This document shows, one piece after another, positions 50,720-62,888 of a stretch of 64,000 nt of DNA (position 1 is its first letter; each line of letters begins with the position of its first letter). The DNA is from Mytilus californianus. Its lineage: Eukaryota. The notes under the pieces are model-generated. The model saw only the letters and a program-made list of their open reading frames with translations. It ran no database searches and was not told the origin of the DNA. Made by a program: the position numbers and the translations under genes. The stretch covers positions 91,202,001-91,266,000 of the forward strand of contig NW_026262734.1 of NCBI RefSeq assembly GCF_021869535.1, given 5' to 3'.

Positions 50720-52035
50720 AACTTCGTGACAGTAATTGTTTTCTTGGACTAGCTTTCTTGATATATTCGTCTGGTTCTAGAACATGTCTACTTGGTGAAA
50801 CATAATTAGTCTTTAGTATGATCGTCTTTTCTGGAATTCTTGGAGTTCCAGTTTTGAGAAACATCCTTCTTTTCTCAATTTATAGTCTACTGTAATGAAG
50901 TGTGTCGCCTGCCGCTACACCCCTTTTCAGCTTGTTGATGTTTTTAGTTAGTATAGGTCCCATACTATAGCTCCATACTCCATCATAGATATGAATAGCA
51001 AACTATATGCCTGTCATTGCCTTCCTGTGGGCAGTATCTCAAATTTCTTCCGTTGGATATATAAGTCGTCCATTTTAGATTTTTGAAATGTTTTAGGCCT
51101 AATTAGCATGGGTTATGTTGGACTAGTTGTAAGTGTCCGTTTAAACTATACAACTACTGGGTTTAGTTTTGTATGCTTATAATGTAGCATTGAACCTCAT
51201 TCCCCAGTTGTTTGTCCTTACTTCTACTAGTAGATGTTTAAGATCTTCGTGAAGAATGTCATGGTATTTTATTATCTTGGTGGTTCTATCAAATAGGCAG
51301 GCAGCCATCGGCTAATAATAATAAGTAGTTCTATAGTTTAAACGGACACATACTGACAATCTGACTGGATCCGGGATATTGTTTATATAACACAGAAGGA
51401 GTAACGGTTCTAAACCTTAGTCTGCTTTGATGAACGCCCGAGTCAATTGTTACGTCTTCATGTTCTTCTTCCTCTACTAACACTTTCATTTTTACTGTTT
51501 GTCAAGAACATTTTTAGCTAGTTGTTAAATTATCCTCTTAATTCTATATTCGTCAATTTTTATAGTAGTTTCTAATGGGGCACGGTGTCAAAAGCTTTGG
51601 AAAAATCTAAGATGGCAATGTCAGTTTGGAGTCTGGTTGTATATGCTTTCATAAGATCGTTTTAAGTGACTTGTGACTGGGTTTCGCATGTGTAGCCATA
51701 TATGAGTCGACGATTTAATGATTTTAAAAAATCCTGCTTTTCTAGATCTCTGCAATGCCTGCATAATTTGAAAAGATTATTATCAGTTCGGGTGTTATTT
51801 AACTTGCACTTTCAATGAGTATTCAGTTTGGGATTTCATCCGATCTAGAAACTTTTAATTGGTTCACGTCTATGAGCAGTTTTAGAGCCCCTTTTCTGTT
51901 ATAGGTAGGTTCGGTAATGGGTACTGGATGCGTCTTGTTGTTTCTGGAACTGTTGTGGACTTGTCTGTGGTGAAGACACAAGTAGGTAAAGTGTCTTTCC
52001 AGGATATTTGATTCCATTGTTTTCCCATGAAAAAA
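50720..52035 (-). pseudogene. Degenerate non-LTR (LINE, CR1/L2-like) reverse transcriptase remnant
   Basis: Minus-strand broken frames: QTDIAILDFSKAFDTVPH, DSGVHQ (GVPQG region), WGMRFNA, MEYGAIVWD; many stops and frameshifts. Confidence 0.8.
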
Positions 52036-52097
52036 AACTGCCTTGTGAGAGCAGCCTTATTGACAAAAAAATAAGTTCCTTTTGTTTGTTATTACAG

Positions 52098-52254
52098 AGC
52101 ATTACAACTTCCACCAGAAACTTGGCTACGGTTCCATCTTAATCATGGAAGTATAACATGGATTACTATTGGACCAACTGGACAAGTTGGACTTAGAACA
52201 CTAGGAGAAACAGGATTTATGCCTGCTAATGTCACATTCTATTCACAGTTGTAG
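52098..52254 (+). CDS. PGAM5: PGAM5 terminal exon, diverged copy B (candidate alternative last exon)
   Basis: ttattacag|A GCA...; [51 protein letters not shown]; intact frame, same phase; usage not shown by sequence. Confidence 0.65.
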
Positions 52255-54415
52255 TACTTTCCTGCTTTTATGTTTATTGATATCATTTCTATATTTGTAT
52301 TAATATTAAATTTATAACATATTGTTTTGATTCAAACCATCATCAATATGAATATTGTAAACGAACTTATTTTCGCGGAAACTGTATTTCGCGTTTAGCC
52401 CTTTCTTTCCGGCTTTTCGGCATCAATTTATTTTTGCGTTGTTTTTTATTATCATGATGTAATTATATATGGAAAGGTCTAATGTTACGTATTCGTGACA
52501 ATTTATATTCGCAAAGGTCGCGAAAATAAATCGCTCGCAACAATTAGTTGGTTTATAGTATATCCTCGGCAAGGGCAATAGGGAATCGTATGTACATGAC
52601 ATTTGTAGAACTTCATAACGCATTAATTCGTATACATGCGCACTGCACGTAAACATGATACTACTTAACATAAAGATGAAATCAAATAAAGGAGAGATAG
52701 AACCGCACAACGTAAATATAAACCGACATAATGTAACAACAAAACAACATAACTCAAGAGTTTAACTATACAGAGCATAAAAACAGAAGTACATAACTTT
52801 AAGACAAGTTAAAACACATAACGTAAATGTAAAATAAGAAATTCTAAAAAAATAACGACGTAATAAGGAAGACGGCCCTGGCGTTCTATAATTAGCACTG
52901 ATTAATTGATTGAATTATAGTTTTGCTGATTAATATCCAGTGGCAAATTGAACATTAGTATTGACGATAACATGTTATGGAGATATGAACACATGCAAAC
53001 TCGCCATTGCACTAATTTGTACCATAGATTTTACTTGTACTAGACCGACACGCTACTTTTGATTGTTGGAGGCTAACTCACAAGCTAGCATAACGAAGAA
53101 AAACAAAGCCATACTGAGGTACACCATTCGACTCTACACCGACCAGTCTTTGCTATTACTCATGAACTCCATTGTCAATTTTAACGACACAACGAGATAA
53201 CCAATGCACTTTAAGTGAAAGGAGATAATGAGTACACGTAGATAAAGAAGCAACCCAAACAAAAGTAGAACACATATATTTAGAGGTCAACATGCAGTTA
53301 TTTCACATGAATTACGTTGAATTGTTTAAATTATCTTTTCATGTTTTTTTTTGTTTTTGGATTGGTTATATTTCTTCTCACAAAGTATCAATACCCTTTT
53401 AAAGAATTCCCAGATTAAAGTAAAAAATATAACTTTCTATGAAAATAAAGGTCTACATAATTCATATAACTGTCTGTGTTTTTTTCACCTTAGATGTCTC
53501 TGTTCGCTTTGTATTAAGTAAAGATACGCAAATGGAGGTGCTTGCTTTCAACAGATATTGATTTCGGCATTGATATAAAAAAAAAATTATATAACATGAA
53601 ATGTACAACGACGTAGTAATTCAACTTCATAAGAAGCCTCCCCTGGTTGGCTTCCATTTCAAATGATTTTATTTATGTAATTGCAAAATATGAAGCTATA
53701 GTTGAATTACAGATCCCTGATTGTTTTAATGTAAAAATCTAACAATGAAAAAACAGAAAAATACATATTTAATTTAAAACATGTCTGAATTGATTTTTCT
53801 AATCACACAATGTGTAAGCTGTTCATCAACAGGATGTTCATGCTTAAGTACAAGGTATAAAATATTGATGCAAATTTATCATGGAAGTATGATAAGGATA
53901 TCAGTTGATTGGCAATACACGAATTTCAAGGAGTAGATAAGAGCATTGCTAAATACAACGCTGAAATTCAAACGGAACAGTTGATATTATAAAGGAAATT
54001 TAAGTTCAGATTTTAGATATATGAGAATGCGTACTAAATGATGATTAAAATTTCATGAGATGTCTCATCTTTTTCTGATATAGTTAAGTTAAACACGGAA
54101 TTTCAAACCAACTATTAAAATAAATAGTAATTTTAATAGTGTAATGAGTAGAACAAATTATAGTTATTCGGCAGAATATATCAATATTGCACGATCCAAA
54201 TCATTTGTAGTTGGCGATGTTTTATGCTATTGCATGTCACATGATCTACTGTATGTGGTTCAAAAATAAGGACATACAGAAAACGTAGTGTACTGACATA
54301 TAATTATTTTGAAGAGGACATCGGAAAGTATTATTGTAGATAATTTCCGTTCATTAGTTACTACAATTTTTAAAATAGATTATAAAATTTACCAGCCGGA
54401 AGAAAGCGAACAAGG

Positions 54416-54871
54416 ATGTTTGAAAAAGTAATAATAAATGTCGGTGGACAAACGTTTGTAACTAAAAGGAGCACTCTTCAACGATACCCGGACACAAAGT
54501 TGGCGAACATCTCTGAAACCTGCGAACATTTTGATAAAACTACCGAAGTGTACTACTTTGATAGAAATCCAGTGATATTCCAGTCGGTACTAGACTATTA
54601 TCGAACAGGAAAACTGCATTTTCTGTCTAACATCTGCGTAGAGCAAATCCGTGATGAGCTTGAATTTTGGGAAATATCAACCACTGATCTCGGCCCATGT
54701 TGTTGGAAATATTTCTATACCGTTGATAGTGACTTGAAGACCTGCGATGTTATCGACAAATATTTTTTCCAAAACAATTGTTTTCGTTACAGTTCGAAAA
54801 GCTCTCTTACAAATGTCAAAAGCAGAATATTGAATGTACTGGAAAATCCAAGGTCATCGAATCTTGCATTA
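54416..54871 (+). CDS. Voltage-gated K+ channel, Shaw/Kv3-like, copy 1 exon 1 (T1/BTB domain)
   Basis: KVIINVGG...YYFDRNP..F..VLDYYRTGKLH; Hx5C...CC zinc motif of non-Shaker T1 domains; donor TTA|gtaagt, phase 0. Confidence 0.92.
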
Positions 54872-56218
54872 GTAAGTTTTTACTGTAGTATATAAATAAA
54901 GTTTGAGACATTTTTGGATTAATTTAACAAAACAAAAACAAACATCAGAAACTGGAAGCTTTAGTCGATCTATCATAATTTAATGTATAGAATTATTTTC
55001 ATATATGTTTTGTTTGGCTGCCTAAATAGATTCATTTTATTTTCTCTGTTCAAGGATGCAGAGCTTATACTTGTCAATAAAATCGAAGAGGGTTGGTATA
55101 GGTCAGATCAAAAGTCCGTTTTCGACTACATGAATTTCTAAAAAAGTTGATCCCCACTGTTGACAATGCCCTATGGATAAAACACGTTTACCGAAGGTTC
55201 TAGATGGGGTGTTACCATTTTCTTCTGTTTTTTTTTTCTGTCCCTGAAAGGTTAATTTAGAAAGTTGCTTTCGTAATGTTTGGAATACTATGAAAATAAC
55301 AAAACATGTGGAGGTCGCTGTTTGGATAATAAAAACATCTTCATACCACCAAGACAACAAAAAAAGATCTCATTAATAAACTTTCAGTTGTACTTCATGT
55401 TTATATTTGTGTATTTCTTAGAAAAATCATAATGTTAACGAAAACAAATTGTGTATAAAAATATATTTATAATCAATAGGAATCTTTGAAATAGACGAAA
55501 CGAACCCATAACGATATATACTTACGGAAAAATGATATGTCTTTAGTATCACGTAAAATTTCTATATTCTGTATTTTTGTTATTTCCTGTGATCAGTTTT
55601 TAACTTCCAATTCTTCAATGTTCTTCGATTATTCTTTGTATTTTGTACAGTCGTCATTCATTTTTGTCATTATTCTCTTGTAATTTAGTTGTTGGATACT
55701 CGTTTGTTCTGTATGGCTGCTGGTGGACTGTATGTTCCCGAGGGTATTTCTAACCCAGTAGCCAGTACTTTGGTACTGGCATGAATATGCGGATATTGTT
55801 TGATTGAAATTTGCAGTTATAAATTTGAAAATCATTTTGAATTAAATATATCTTCCTCATGCAAAACTCTGATTCCTTGATCGGATTTGACTATGCTTGA
55901 GATTCCTTTTTGGTTTGATCAGCTCTTCCACGTTTGTTTTCGATTGAATATTCAAAATATTTTGGTCCCGAGGATATCTGTAGGGAGGTAGATATTTGTC
56001 ACAAACTGTCCTTTATCTCTGCATTATCTCGTCATGCAGGAAATAGTTAACAGGCCCCAAACATAAGCGAAAATTGTTCTTCTGATAAATGATTAACCAA
56101 CGCTGCAACAATATTTGTTCCTAATAGTAGATAACTGTAGATAACATAAAATAAATATTCAAGCTTTTCAGTTACATGTATTTATCATTAGAATTACATG
56201 TATTATTACATTTTTTAG

Positions 56219-57025
56219 GTATGGCAGATATTTTACTTGAGTGTTGTATGCCTAGCGATACTTGTATCAGTAATACAATCATTTGAGTTAACTGGACGGA
56301 ATACGAAGGAAAATAAAAACGTGACATCAGAGGAAAGCATGAAAGAACGTCTAACTGATCACGATAACTGGATTGGCGTTGTAACTCATGTATGCAACGT
56401 GATTTTCACATTAGAAACAACGCTACGTTTAGCAACTTGTCCGTGTAAATTAGAATTTTTTCGAAGTTTTTTAAATATTGTTGATATCATGTCTGTATTT
56501 GGATATTTTGCGCACATTATAGTTAGTGCCTTTCCAGACTCGAACGAATCAGTCTTCATTTTCTCGTATGCTTTGGTAATTTTGCGCGGTTTCAGATTTT
56601 TCCGTCTTGAGCGTTTTATAGAAGGTTTACGCATAATGCTTCTGTCGATAAAGCAAAGTAAGAAGATGCTGTCCTTGCTTATTTTGGTTTTGCTTATTTC
56701 AGCCATTATTTTTGGGATAACTATACACATTGTAGAAATGAATGGTCCTTTCACGGATCCAATCAGCAGTTTTTATTGGGCTCTCATCACCATGACAACA
56801 ATAGGTTACGGAGATATTTACCCCAAAACAAAATATGGACAGATTTTAGCATCAGTGTGCGCAACCTTTGGCTTGTTCCTGTTGAGCATGCCCATTGCGG
56901 TTGTTGCCAACACTTTCACTGATTTATACAAAAGATATTGTGAACATCAATGTCATCTACTTCACCAAAATAAACGCATCTGGTGTAAAAATGACCCAAA
57001 AGAGTTGATTCCGATCAAATACTGA
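56219..57025 (+). CDS. Kv channel copy 1 exon 2 (S1-S6, pore)
   Basis: ttttttag|GTA; six hydrophobic segments, S4 LRGFRFFRLER, filter TMTTIGYGD; TGA 57023-57025; 420 aa total. Confidence 0.93.
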   Translation, partial: VWQIFYLSVVCLAILVSVIQSFELTGRNTKENKNVTSEESMKERLTDHDNWIGVVTHVCNVIFTLETTLRLATCPCKLEFFRSFLNIVDIMSVFGYFAHIIVSAFPDSNESVFIFSYALVILRGFRFFRLERFIEGLRIMLLSIKQSKKMLSLLILVLLISAIIFGITIHIVEMNGPFTDPISSFYWALITMTTIGYGDIYPKTKYGQILASVCATFGLFLLSMPIAVVANTFTDLYKRYCEHQCHLLHQNKRIWCKNDPKELIPIKY

Positions 57026-57589
57026 TTCAGAATGCGGAATTTTATATTACATTACTGCATTGTTTCATCTACTTCACCAAAATAAACGAACCTGGTGTAA
57101 AAATGGCACTTCGGAATTGATTCCGATCAAATACTGATGCAGAAGTTTGACCTTTAGAACAAACTACGTGTGTCTGTTATTTTAGAGTTTGCATTTCGGT
57201 TACATAAAACATTTAAATTAGTAAAATATCTAACCGTGTTTTTTATCTATTTTATCTAATAAAAATTTAGCAAGCAAATCGTTAGTCTGTCTTAACTAGA
57301 TTTAAAGATTTCATGGAGAGTTTACTGCAACTTCATTACCGTGATTATTCCAAAAGGATCTATTTTGGAAAGGAAATAAATTCTGACAACGAAATGCTGG
57401 CATAGTATAAAATGTTTTGTTCGGCAATAGGAAAGATTTGTATGATAAAGATATGTAGTAGGATTTCCAAGGACACAACTATCCATCAGAGTTCAAATAG
57501 CGTGGATTTAAGCTACTATAGTTACCATGCGGCCTTCGACAATGACCAAATCCAATAACGTAGAGTCACATACGTTTCTTTACCAAGAA

Positions 57590-58075
57590 CGTAATATTGC
57601 TTGGTCTGCCGATTAATGGTCGAGAAAATCGCTTTCCAAACTTTAAACATCAATTTTATCAGCAATCAAAGCCGTGCTTCAAATTTCATTCTGAAACAAC
57701 TTCTCTGTAGGTTGTGAAAATCATATGTGGATACTAAAAAATCCAAAGAACTGTTAGAGCATATGATTTGTTTTCTAAAATCAGTTGACGTTTCTACCCT
57801 TTACACAAGGCTAAGTATCCACCATTTCAAACTTAAAATTTGTGAACTTTATTCATTAAAACGAATGGCTAACGCAGGTTTAAGGGTGTGATAAAATATA
57901 TTTTATAAAAAAAACAAAAACAAACTTTGATTTGAACAAATTTTTGTCTGAAAATGACACCATCAATATGTTTGATTTCTTGATTAACCCCATATATTAC
58001 GTTTGGAGGACGTGTTTTTCTACAATCAATCGGCGTTTCCATGGAAACAAAAGGTGCTCTACCCTTCCAGAGCCC
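57590..58075 (+). pseudogene. Degenerate Penelope-like reverse transcriptase fragment
   Basis: Broken frames read HMWILKNxKELLE, VDVSTLYT (cf. FDFSTLYT), FGGRVFLQSIGVSMETKGALP (cf. GIPMGTNCAP). Confidence 0.7.
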
Positions 58076-58504
58076 CTGGGTCAACCCAAGTTTTTGGTGT
58101 AGTTAGTACGACTTAGTCCTTAGTTTTCTATGTTTTGTTTACTTAACCGTTGATTTTCCTTTTGACTTATTCATTTTTTTTTGCCTTGGCGTTGCCGGTT
58201 TATCTCAGACTGATGTGTTTGGATATCCCTTTGTATCTTCTGCCTCTCTTTTATAAATGCTCCGACATAACAAAATCTGAAACAATTCAAACGAAAAAAG
58301 TGCCTAGTTTATGACAAATCAGTAAACAAAAAAAAAAACAAGTATAACAGGCAGCAACCCACGATAACCACTGAATTACAGACTCATCACTTAGGACAGG
58401 TACATATAGAATGTGGCTTTATTTGTGACTGTAACAGGAGTATATAGATTTTCTTTCCGAACAGCACAAAAGTTATATAAACACTTTATGAATTGCGATT
58501 GTTC

Positions 58505-59320
58505 GAAATCCAGAAAAGCGCTTCGGACGCATGAAATCTATAACGGTTTGTTTTCATTTTTTACAGCACTTTGTCGATACCTCTGCTGGTGGACTATCAG
58601 TCGCCGAAGGTATCATCAGCTCAGTAGTGAATACTCGGTACTGACATGATTTATAACAAATTTTTCTAAAATTTTCCGTAAATAAATTTTGAAATTGTTA
58701 GTAATTAAGGTTTCAACTCCCTCAGGATAAGTTGACCAGAAATGGATTTGGCTATTTTTTAGGTCCTTTTTGGTTATATAGCTCTTCAACTGTTTAGGTT
58801 CTTATACATCCTTGGCTATCAAATATTTGGCTTTTGAGCATTCCTGATGAAGGGAAATCCAGAAAAGCGCTTCGGACGCATGAAATTTATAACGTGTTGT
58901 TTTCATTTTTTTAAGCACTGGGTCGATACCTCTGCTGGTGGACTATCAGTCCCCGAGGGTATCATCAGCTCAGTAGTCGGTACTTCGGTCCTGACATGAT
59001 TTATAACAAAACTTTCTAATGAAGGTAAATCCAGAAAAGCGCTTCGGACGCAGGAAATTTATAACGTGTTGTTTTCATTTTTTTTAAGCGCTTTTTTTAT
59101 TTATTTAATATTATCAGGAACGCTCAAACGTTTTAACATTTTAAAGCCAAGGATATGTAAATTCATAGAATCAGTAAGAGCTATTTGACGAAATAGGATC
59201 CCAAAAAGAAAAGCAAAATTCGTCTAAAGTAAACTTTAACATAATACCAAAAGGACATTTTGATAAATTAAGAACTTACTAAGAAACTAAGGTTCCAACT
59301 CCCTCAGGCAAGCTAAAAAA
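58505..59320 (+). mobile_element. Penelope-like terminal (pLTR) or retrozyme-like repeats, tandem plus inverted
   Basis: AAATCCAGAAAAGCGCTTCGGACGC three times (predicted cleavage C at 58524, 58873, 59045; spacings 349 and 172); inverted partial copy from ~59113; diverged relative at ~55700-56000. Confidence 0.7.
58838..58879 (+). ncRNA. Minimal type-I hammerhead ribozyme with palindromic stem III
   Basis: GCATTC-CTGATGA-AGGGAAATCCA-GAA-AAGCGCTT-C-GGACGC: core CUGAUGA/GAAA, UUC triplet, stem I GCATTC:GGACGC with one mismatch. Confidence 0.65.
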
Positions 59321-62300
59321 AAAGAAGATAAATACTGAGCCGCACGAACTCCACCATTAACTGGGATTGACTTTATTTCGATCGTCATTTGTATCAATAA
59401 GGTTTTTATTCTGTAAAAGTAAGACTTTTCTTAAAATTATCAATAAATCATGTTAAAGTTTGAAAAATTATGAACACGTTCAGATTCTCTGAACTCCAAA
59501 ATTTGTGCTCAAAATTCATGGGTACTATCGAAATAAAGTCAAGTAAGCTTATTAAAAGAATGGTTAATAAGGATACTAGTCTAGTGTCCTAAATAGGAAG
59601 ATTAAAATTACTATTTATGACGAACCACCCTTTTAACAGTAATAAGCACTCAAAACTGATATTTGAACTTGTTTTGAAATACTTAATATTATCGCCAGAA
59701 TTTTAAATGAAATTTGATATAATAAAAATTGCAAGTCGTCAATTTGCTTATCCTTGCATGGTGAAATAGTTCTTTATAGAGTTTTAAAACAATACATCTT
59801 CATGGTGTTTTTTCATTCTGATTTTGTTTTGTGTTGAACACATTGTTAAGGTATAATGTATGATTAACCTGATGATTTGGATTAGCAATAATGCATTTTG
59901 CAGTGAGACAGGATTGAACAAATCAATATTTGACTACAATTGAATCTATTCGCTAACAAAGATAAATTCTTTTACATCTCGATATATATGAAACAGGATA
60001 TTTGGTTGATAGTTGTTGTTTTAATTTAAATATCCAGTATTTTTCAGTTGTTTATTTGGATTTCTAATATTTTCGGTATTTTAATTATTTGGTTTCGTAG
60101 ACCACTGTGTTAAATCAAATTTATAATTTATATTATATGTGCATATTTTAAAATTCTGTAAAATTCTTTTACAAAGAAAAGTCAATAATATAATGGAAAA
60201 GATGCAGACTAAATTTAAATGTTGCTTGGAAGATCCTGTATGCGTAATGTAGAAACAAGAAAAGTTGATCATCAATTCAAAATAATCGTATTGTTTGAAT
60301 TGTTTTTCATATGTAAATTGCTTATATCTTTAAGTTTGTTATAAATCAATATTATGAAAACATGCAGAATAAACATAGTAGAGCATACGTGCTAGGATCA
60401 GTAATTTATAAAATTGCATTGGACGATCTTCGAAATATAGAATTTTTTTACGTCATATATATTAAAAGGAAATTTCTATTGAGATTATATTAAATGAGAA
60501 TAATTATATGATAGTCTTTTTCATGACATTATTGGAGAAGCAAATGAAATATAATACGATCTCAATAAAATTGAGGATGGAAATGGGAAATGTGTCAAAG
60601 AGACAACAACCCGACCAAAGAGCAGAAAACAGCCCCAGGCCACCAATGGGTCTTCAACACAGCGAGAAAATCCCGCACCCGGAGGCAGGCATGTATACAT
60701 TTTAGCGATTGTCCCACGAACTCCAAGGCATACCAAACGACATACTTGTGAATTAATATTGATACTCTACAACATCTTAAATTGTCTTACATTTATTCTT
60801 TATACATTTCATACTTAAGAATTGACCATTGTAAGAATATTTGCTGGTTAAATTCAAATTAGTAACATTCTCATAATTGGGATTTTTAACAGATGTGTAA
60901 TATGTTTTATGCAAAAATGACCCATGTGCTTGTCTCAAGATTCAGCTAATCATTTTCGCTGGGATAAAGCTGTCTATTCATTTTTTGTTTGAACTGCATG
61001 GAAACAATTAATGTTCAATAGTATCAAAAAGTATATAAGAAATAAAACAAATCTTAATTTTTAACCAATAGACGTATTATATTTTCGGCAAAACATTGAG
61101 AATAAGGAATTGCTGAGAAGCATTGTTTCATGAGAAATAAAAGAATAATAAGGAAAAGTGAAAAATATTAGAAGCGAACATCCTTGAATTTAGTGCAATT
61201 ATAGCAAAGTTATTGACTGTGGATTTCTATATTGTTAAACTTGTCCAAGGTGACAAATTTACGGTATCGATATCATCGTTAATTTCGAAAATCCCTCCTG
61301 AAAAGTTCACATAGACAGAGTGCCGTAAGCCTATCAATGCTAGATGATTATATTAACATGGTTAATACAGTTAAACTACTTATAAAAGGATTGTTATAAG
61401 TACTAAAATAAATGAAAGCAAACAATTGATTTATTCATTGATCTTCTCTATCACTTCCATTGATTACTTGCTACACGAATAAGTGACCAGAAACACAGGC
61501 CTGACTATAGGCAGTGGTAAGTGAGGATCACGTGTTGAATCATCGGATTTTAAGTTTAATCTTTCAACATCTATTCAACTTCAACTTTGATTGATTACAT
61601 GGGATTACAACACGCCGCTTCAGCACAAAAAGACTATATCGCGGCGTATCAACTTTGAAGGTTGAAGGTTAGACCTCGATATAAAGTTTGTAAGTATATA
61701 CAAATTCTCGGAACAAAAACTAGAAAAATATGGACTTGCAAAATCTACCTTTACGTTAAGCATTTGAAATCCCACTACAATAATAAATAAATATTCCTTT
61801 ATTTAAAACACGATTAAATCGATGTTTGTGATCACATAATGTGTAAACTAATTACTAACAGGATATTCAAGACAAAGAAAAAAGTATAAAATATTGATTA
61901 AAATTGTTAGAAGGAATATGTTTAGGACATTAGTTGATTGAAATACATGGTTGTCTGGTAGTAATTTAATGCATTGCTATAAACAACATTTCACTACAAG
62001 CTGAATAATTGATACTAAAATGGAAATTTTAATTTTGATGTAGAGATATCAGAAGTCATATCATATTGTAATTGCGTTTAAATTCGAATTTTTATTGAAT
62101 GTCACTATAAATATGTTACAATAACACAGAATTTGATACGAAATATTAAAATTTATTGGTAATTTTGATACTGAAATGAGTAGAAAATATAATTCATCAG
62201 AATAGATGATCATTTGAGAGACTCGGATATTTTTATTTGGCGACATTTGTGTGTCTAACTGTTCTGATGCTGCATGTGGTTATATAATCAGCGCTTACAG

Positions 62301-62432
62301 GAAACTTTATGAACGGACTATTTTTATTTTCAAATTGAGGACATCTAAAAATATTAGCGTCAATAATTTCCGTTCATTATTTACACTCTTATATATATGT
62401 ACAATTTATAAACCGGAGAAAAGGTACCGAGG

Positions 62433-62888
62433 ATGTTTGAAAAAGTAATAATAAATGTAGGTGGACAAACGTTTGTAACTAAAACGAGCACTCTTCAACG
62501 ATACCCGGACACAAAATTAGCGAACATCTCTGAAACCTGCGAACATTTTGATAAAACTACTGAAGTGTACTACTTTGATAGGAATCCATTGATATTCCAG
62601 TCCGTACTAGACTATTATCGAACAGGAAAACTTCATTTCCTTTCCAACATCTGCGTAGAGCAAATTCGTGATGAGCTTCAGTTTTGGGAAATATCAACCA
62701 CTGATCTCGGCCCATGTTGTTGGAAATATTTCTATACCGTTGATAGTGACTTGAGGACATGCAGGGTTATCGACACATACTTTTTCCAGAGACAGTGTTT
62801 TCATTACAGTTCGAAAAGCTCTCTTACAAATGTCAAAAGCAGAATTTTGAATGTACTGGAAAATCCAAGGTCATCAAAATTTGCATTA
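62433..62888 (+). CDS. Kv channel tandem copy 2, exon 1 (exon 2 expected beyond the window)
   Basis: Same 456-nt length and donor as copy 1; 141 of 152 residues identical; upstream and intron sequence also homologous; offset 8017 bp. Confidence 0.9.
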
